Positions 62,744-64,000 of a DNA stretch of 64,000 nucleotides are shown in pieces. Source of the DNA: Myxococcota bacterium (GTDB lineage: Bacteria; Myxococcota_A; UBA9160; UBA6930); assembly GCA_965223705.1 (NCBI GenBank), contig OZ245015.1, positions 1,472,001 through 1,536,000 of the forward strand, in the 5' to 3' direction. The notes under the pieces were generated by a model. It did not search any database and had not been told where the DNA came from. It worked only from the letters and a program-made list of their open reading frames with translations. Every line of letters starts with the position of its first letter. Position 1 is the stretch's first letter. The position numbers and the translations under genes were made by a program.

Positions 62744-63402
62744 GCGGCGCGTTCCAAAGCCGATCGCGTCAGCCGACCTTCACGCAGGGTGAGCCACCCC
62801 GAGCAGTGTTCGGCGACGTGCCGCGGTTGGTGCGAAACCCAAAGTGCCGTCCGGCCCAACGCGCGAAGTTCCTCGGTGAGGCCGCGGTGGATGTCGTCCG
62901 TGCTGTCGGGATCGACCGCTGAGGTGGGCTCGTCGAGAAGTGCGAGTGTCGCAGGGGAGGTCAGGATTCGGACGAGGCCTGCGCGTTGCAGCATGCCCTG
63001 TGAGCATGCGTCGGCGCGAACGTCGAGGTCGCTCGCAATGCCGAAGCGCTCACTCAGCCGATCGATCTCCCGATCGATCGCGTGGGAGAAAGCGCCGGAC
63101 CAGCTCCCCGCGTAGCGCAGGTTCGCGCGCAGGCTGAGTCTGCGCTGAAAGCGGCCGCCGGCCTCTCCCGACCAAGCGATGGCGCCGCGCCGGCGAGCCG
63201 CGACCGCGCCGAGCGCGCCGACGCGTACGGTCCCGCGATCCGGGCGGAGCAGGCCGGCGCACAGGCGCAGCAGGGTGCTTTTGCCCGCTGCATTTCTTCC
63301 GCCGATCCCGACGATTCCCCCTCTGGGGACTTCGAGGCTCAACCCATCGAGGACGGCGTGCCCGTTGAATGCCTTCCGCACGTCGTGCAGTTCGAGAAAC
63401 AC
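62740..63402 (-). CDS. ABC transporter ATP-binding protein
   Basis: GRNAAGKST, CSQGMLQR signature variant, LLDEPT, SH; GTG at 63402 after GGAGG. Confidence 0.88.
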   Translation of the reverse strand: MFLELHDVRKAFNGHAVLDGLSLEVPRGGIVGIGGRNAAGKSTLLRLCAGLLRPDRGTVRVGALGAVAARRRGAIAWSGEAGGRFQRRLSLRANLRYAGSWSGAFSHAIDREIDRLSERFGIASDLDVRADACSQGMLQRAGLVRILTSPATLALLDEPTSAVDPDSTDDIHRGLTEELRALGRTALWVSHQPRHVAEHCSGWLTLREGRLTRSALERAA

Positions 63403-63563
63403 GCCTCCAATTTCGGCGCCGTACAGGAAAACCTTGAGTCCCGAGATTTCGAGAAAACCCGCTGCAGACGCGAACTTCACGCCGCAATCACCGCTTCGTG
63501 ATACATTGGACAAGCTGTATCGGACCCGGTGTGCTTGTTCTGAGCGAGCTCGAGGGGAGCGGG

Positions 63564-63797
63564 ATGAGAGAGCTCATCGAAGCGATCGTGAAGGCTTTGG
63601 TCGATCAGCCCGACGAAGTCCAAATCAAGGAAGTGATCGGCGACCACGCCCACGTTCTCGAATTGCGCGTCGCCAAAGAAGATCTCGGAAAGGTGATCGG
63701 CAAGGGCGGGGCGCATGCGTCTGCCATCCGAACGATCATGGCCGCGGCCAGCGGCAAAGAGAAGAAGCGCTACATCCTGGAAATCATCGAGTTCTAG
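63564..63797 (+). CDS. khpA: KH-domain RNA-binding protein KhpA
   Basis: MRELIEAIVKALVDQPDEV...LRVAKEDLGKVIGKGG..A.AIRT; 77 aa. Confidence 0.9.
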   Translation: MRELIEAIVKALVDQPDEVQIKEVIGDHAHVLELRVAKEDLGKVIGKGGAHASAIRTIMAAASGKEKKRYILEIIEF

Positions 63798-63949
63798 GAA
63801 CTCGCTTCGCAAACCGCGCGGCAAGTCCCCCTCGCGCGAAGCACGATATTGAAACTGCAGTTCCGAAACGGGTATCGCCCGAAAGGGCGGATTGATGCCC
63901 GTTCACCGCAGTTCGGTGACTTAGCGCCGCGGCTGCGGGTGGCTTGGGT

Positions 63950-63964
63950 TGGCACGTGTGTTGC
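63950..63964 (+). promoter_or_regulatory. sigma54 (-24/-12) promoter for a gene beyond the window
   Basis: TGGCAC-GTGTG-TTGC, exact consensus and spacing, in an intergenic region. Confidence 0.7.
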
Positions 63965-64000
63965 GATCACCAAAACGAAACGTGAGCCCGGTCACCCGCG

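Overview
A high-GC bacterial chromosomal window; a Myxococcota/deltaproteobacterial-like origin is inferred from gene content only. 1-20 kb is housekeeping: pyrB(partial)-pyrC-carA-carB-recG, a TPP enzyme, a K+-independent H+-PPase, aminotransferase-hom-thrC-ribE, and an Nma111/Deg7-type tandem HtrA protease. 20-44 kb holds lipid/redox accessory genes, an ECF sigma/anti-sigma pair, a DUF1302/YCF48/MMPL envelope module (the MMPL carries an apparent helix-hairpin-helix insertion) and mgtE. 44.9-57.7 kb is a surface-polysaccharide locus (beta-barrel, short OPX, Wzc, ligase-TPR, a multi-pass membrane protein, four glycosyltransferases). It runs in the same direction into the most interesting element, a RiPP-type cassette at 57.8-61.9 kb. 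The cassette encodes an NTP_transf_5 nucleotidyltransferase, a PqqD/RRE protein, a radical SAM/SPASM enzyme, a 61-aa Cys-containing precursor (YxxPxI leader, C-terminal Ser), an HPr-kinase-like kinase and an S24/S26 peptidase, with a convergent ABC-2 exporter. No lasso cyclase is present. The inferred product is a radical-SAM-crosslinked, Ser-phosphorylated peptide that may be glycan-linked. The window ends with a stand-alone khpA and a sigma54 promoter. No tRNA, rRNA, CRISPR array or transposase was recognised. All family assignments come from reading motifs by eye, not from database searches.
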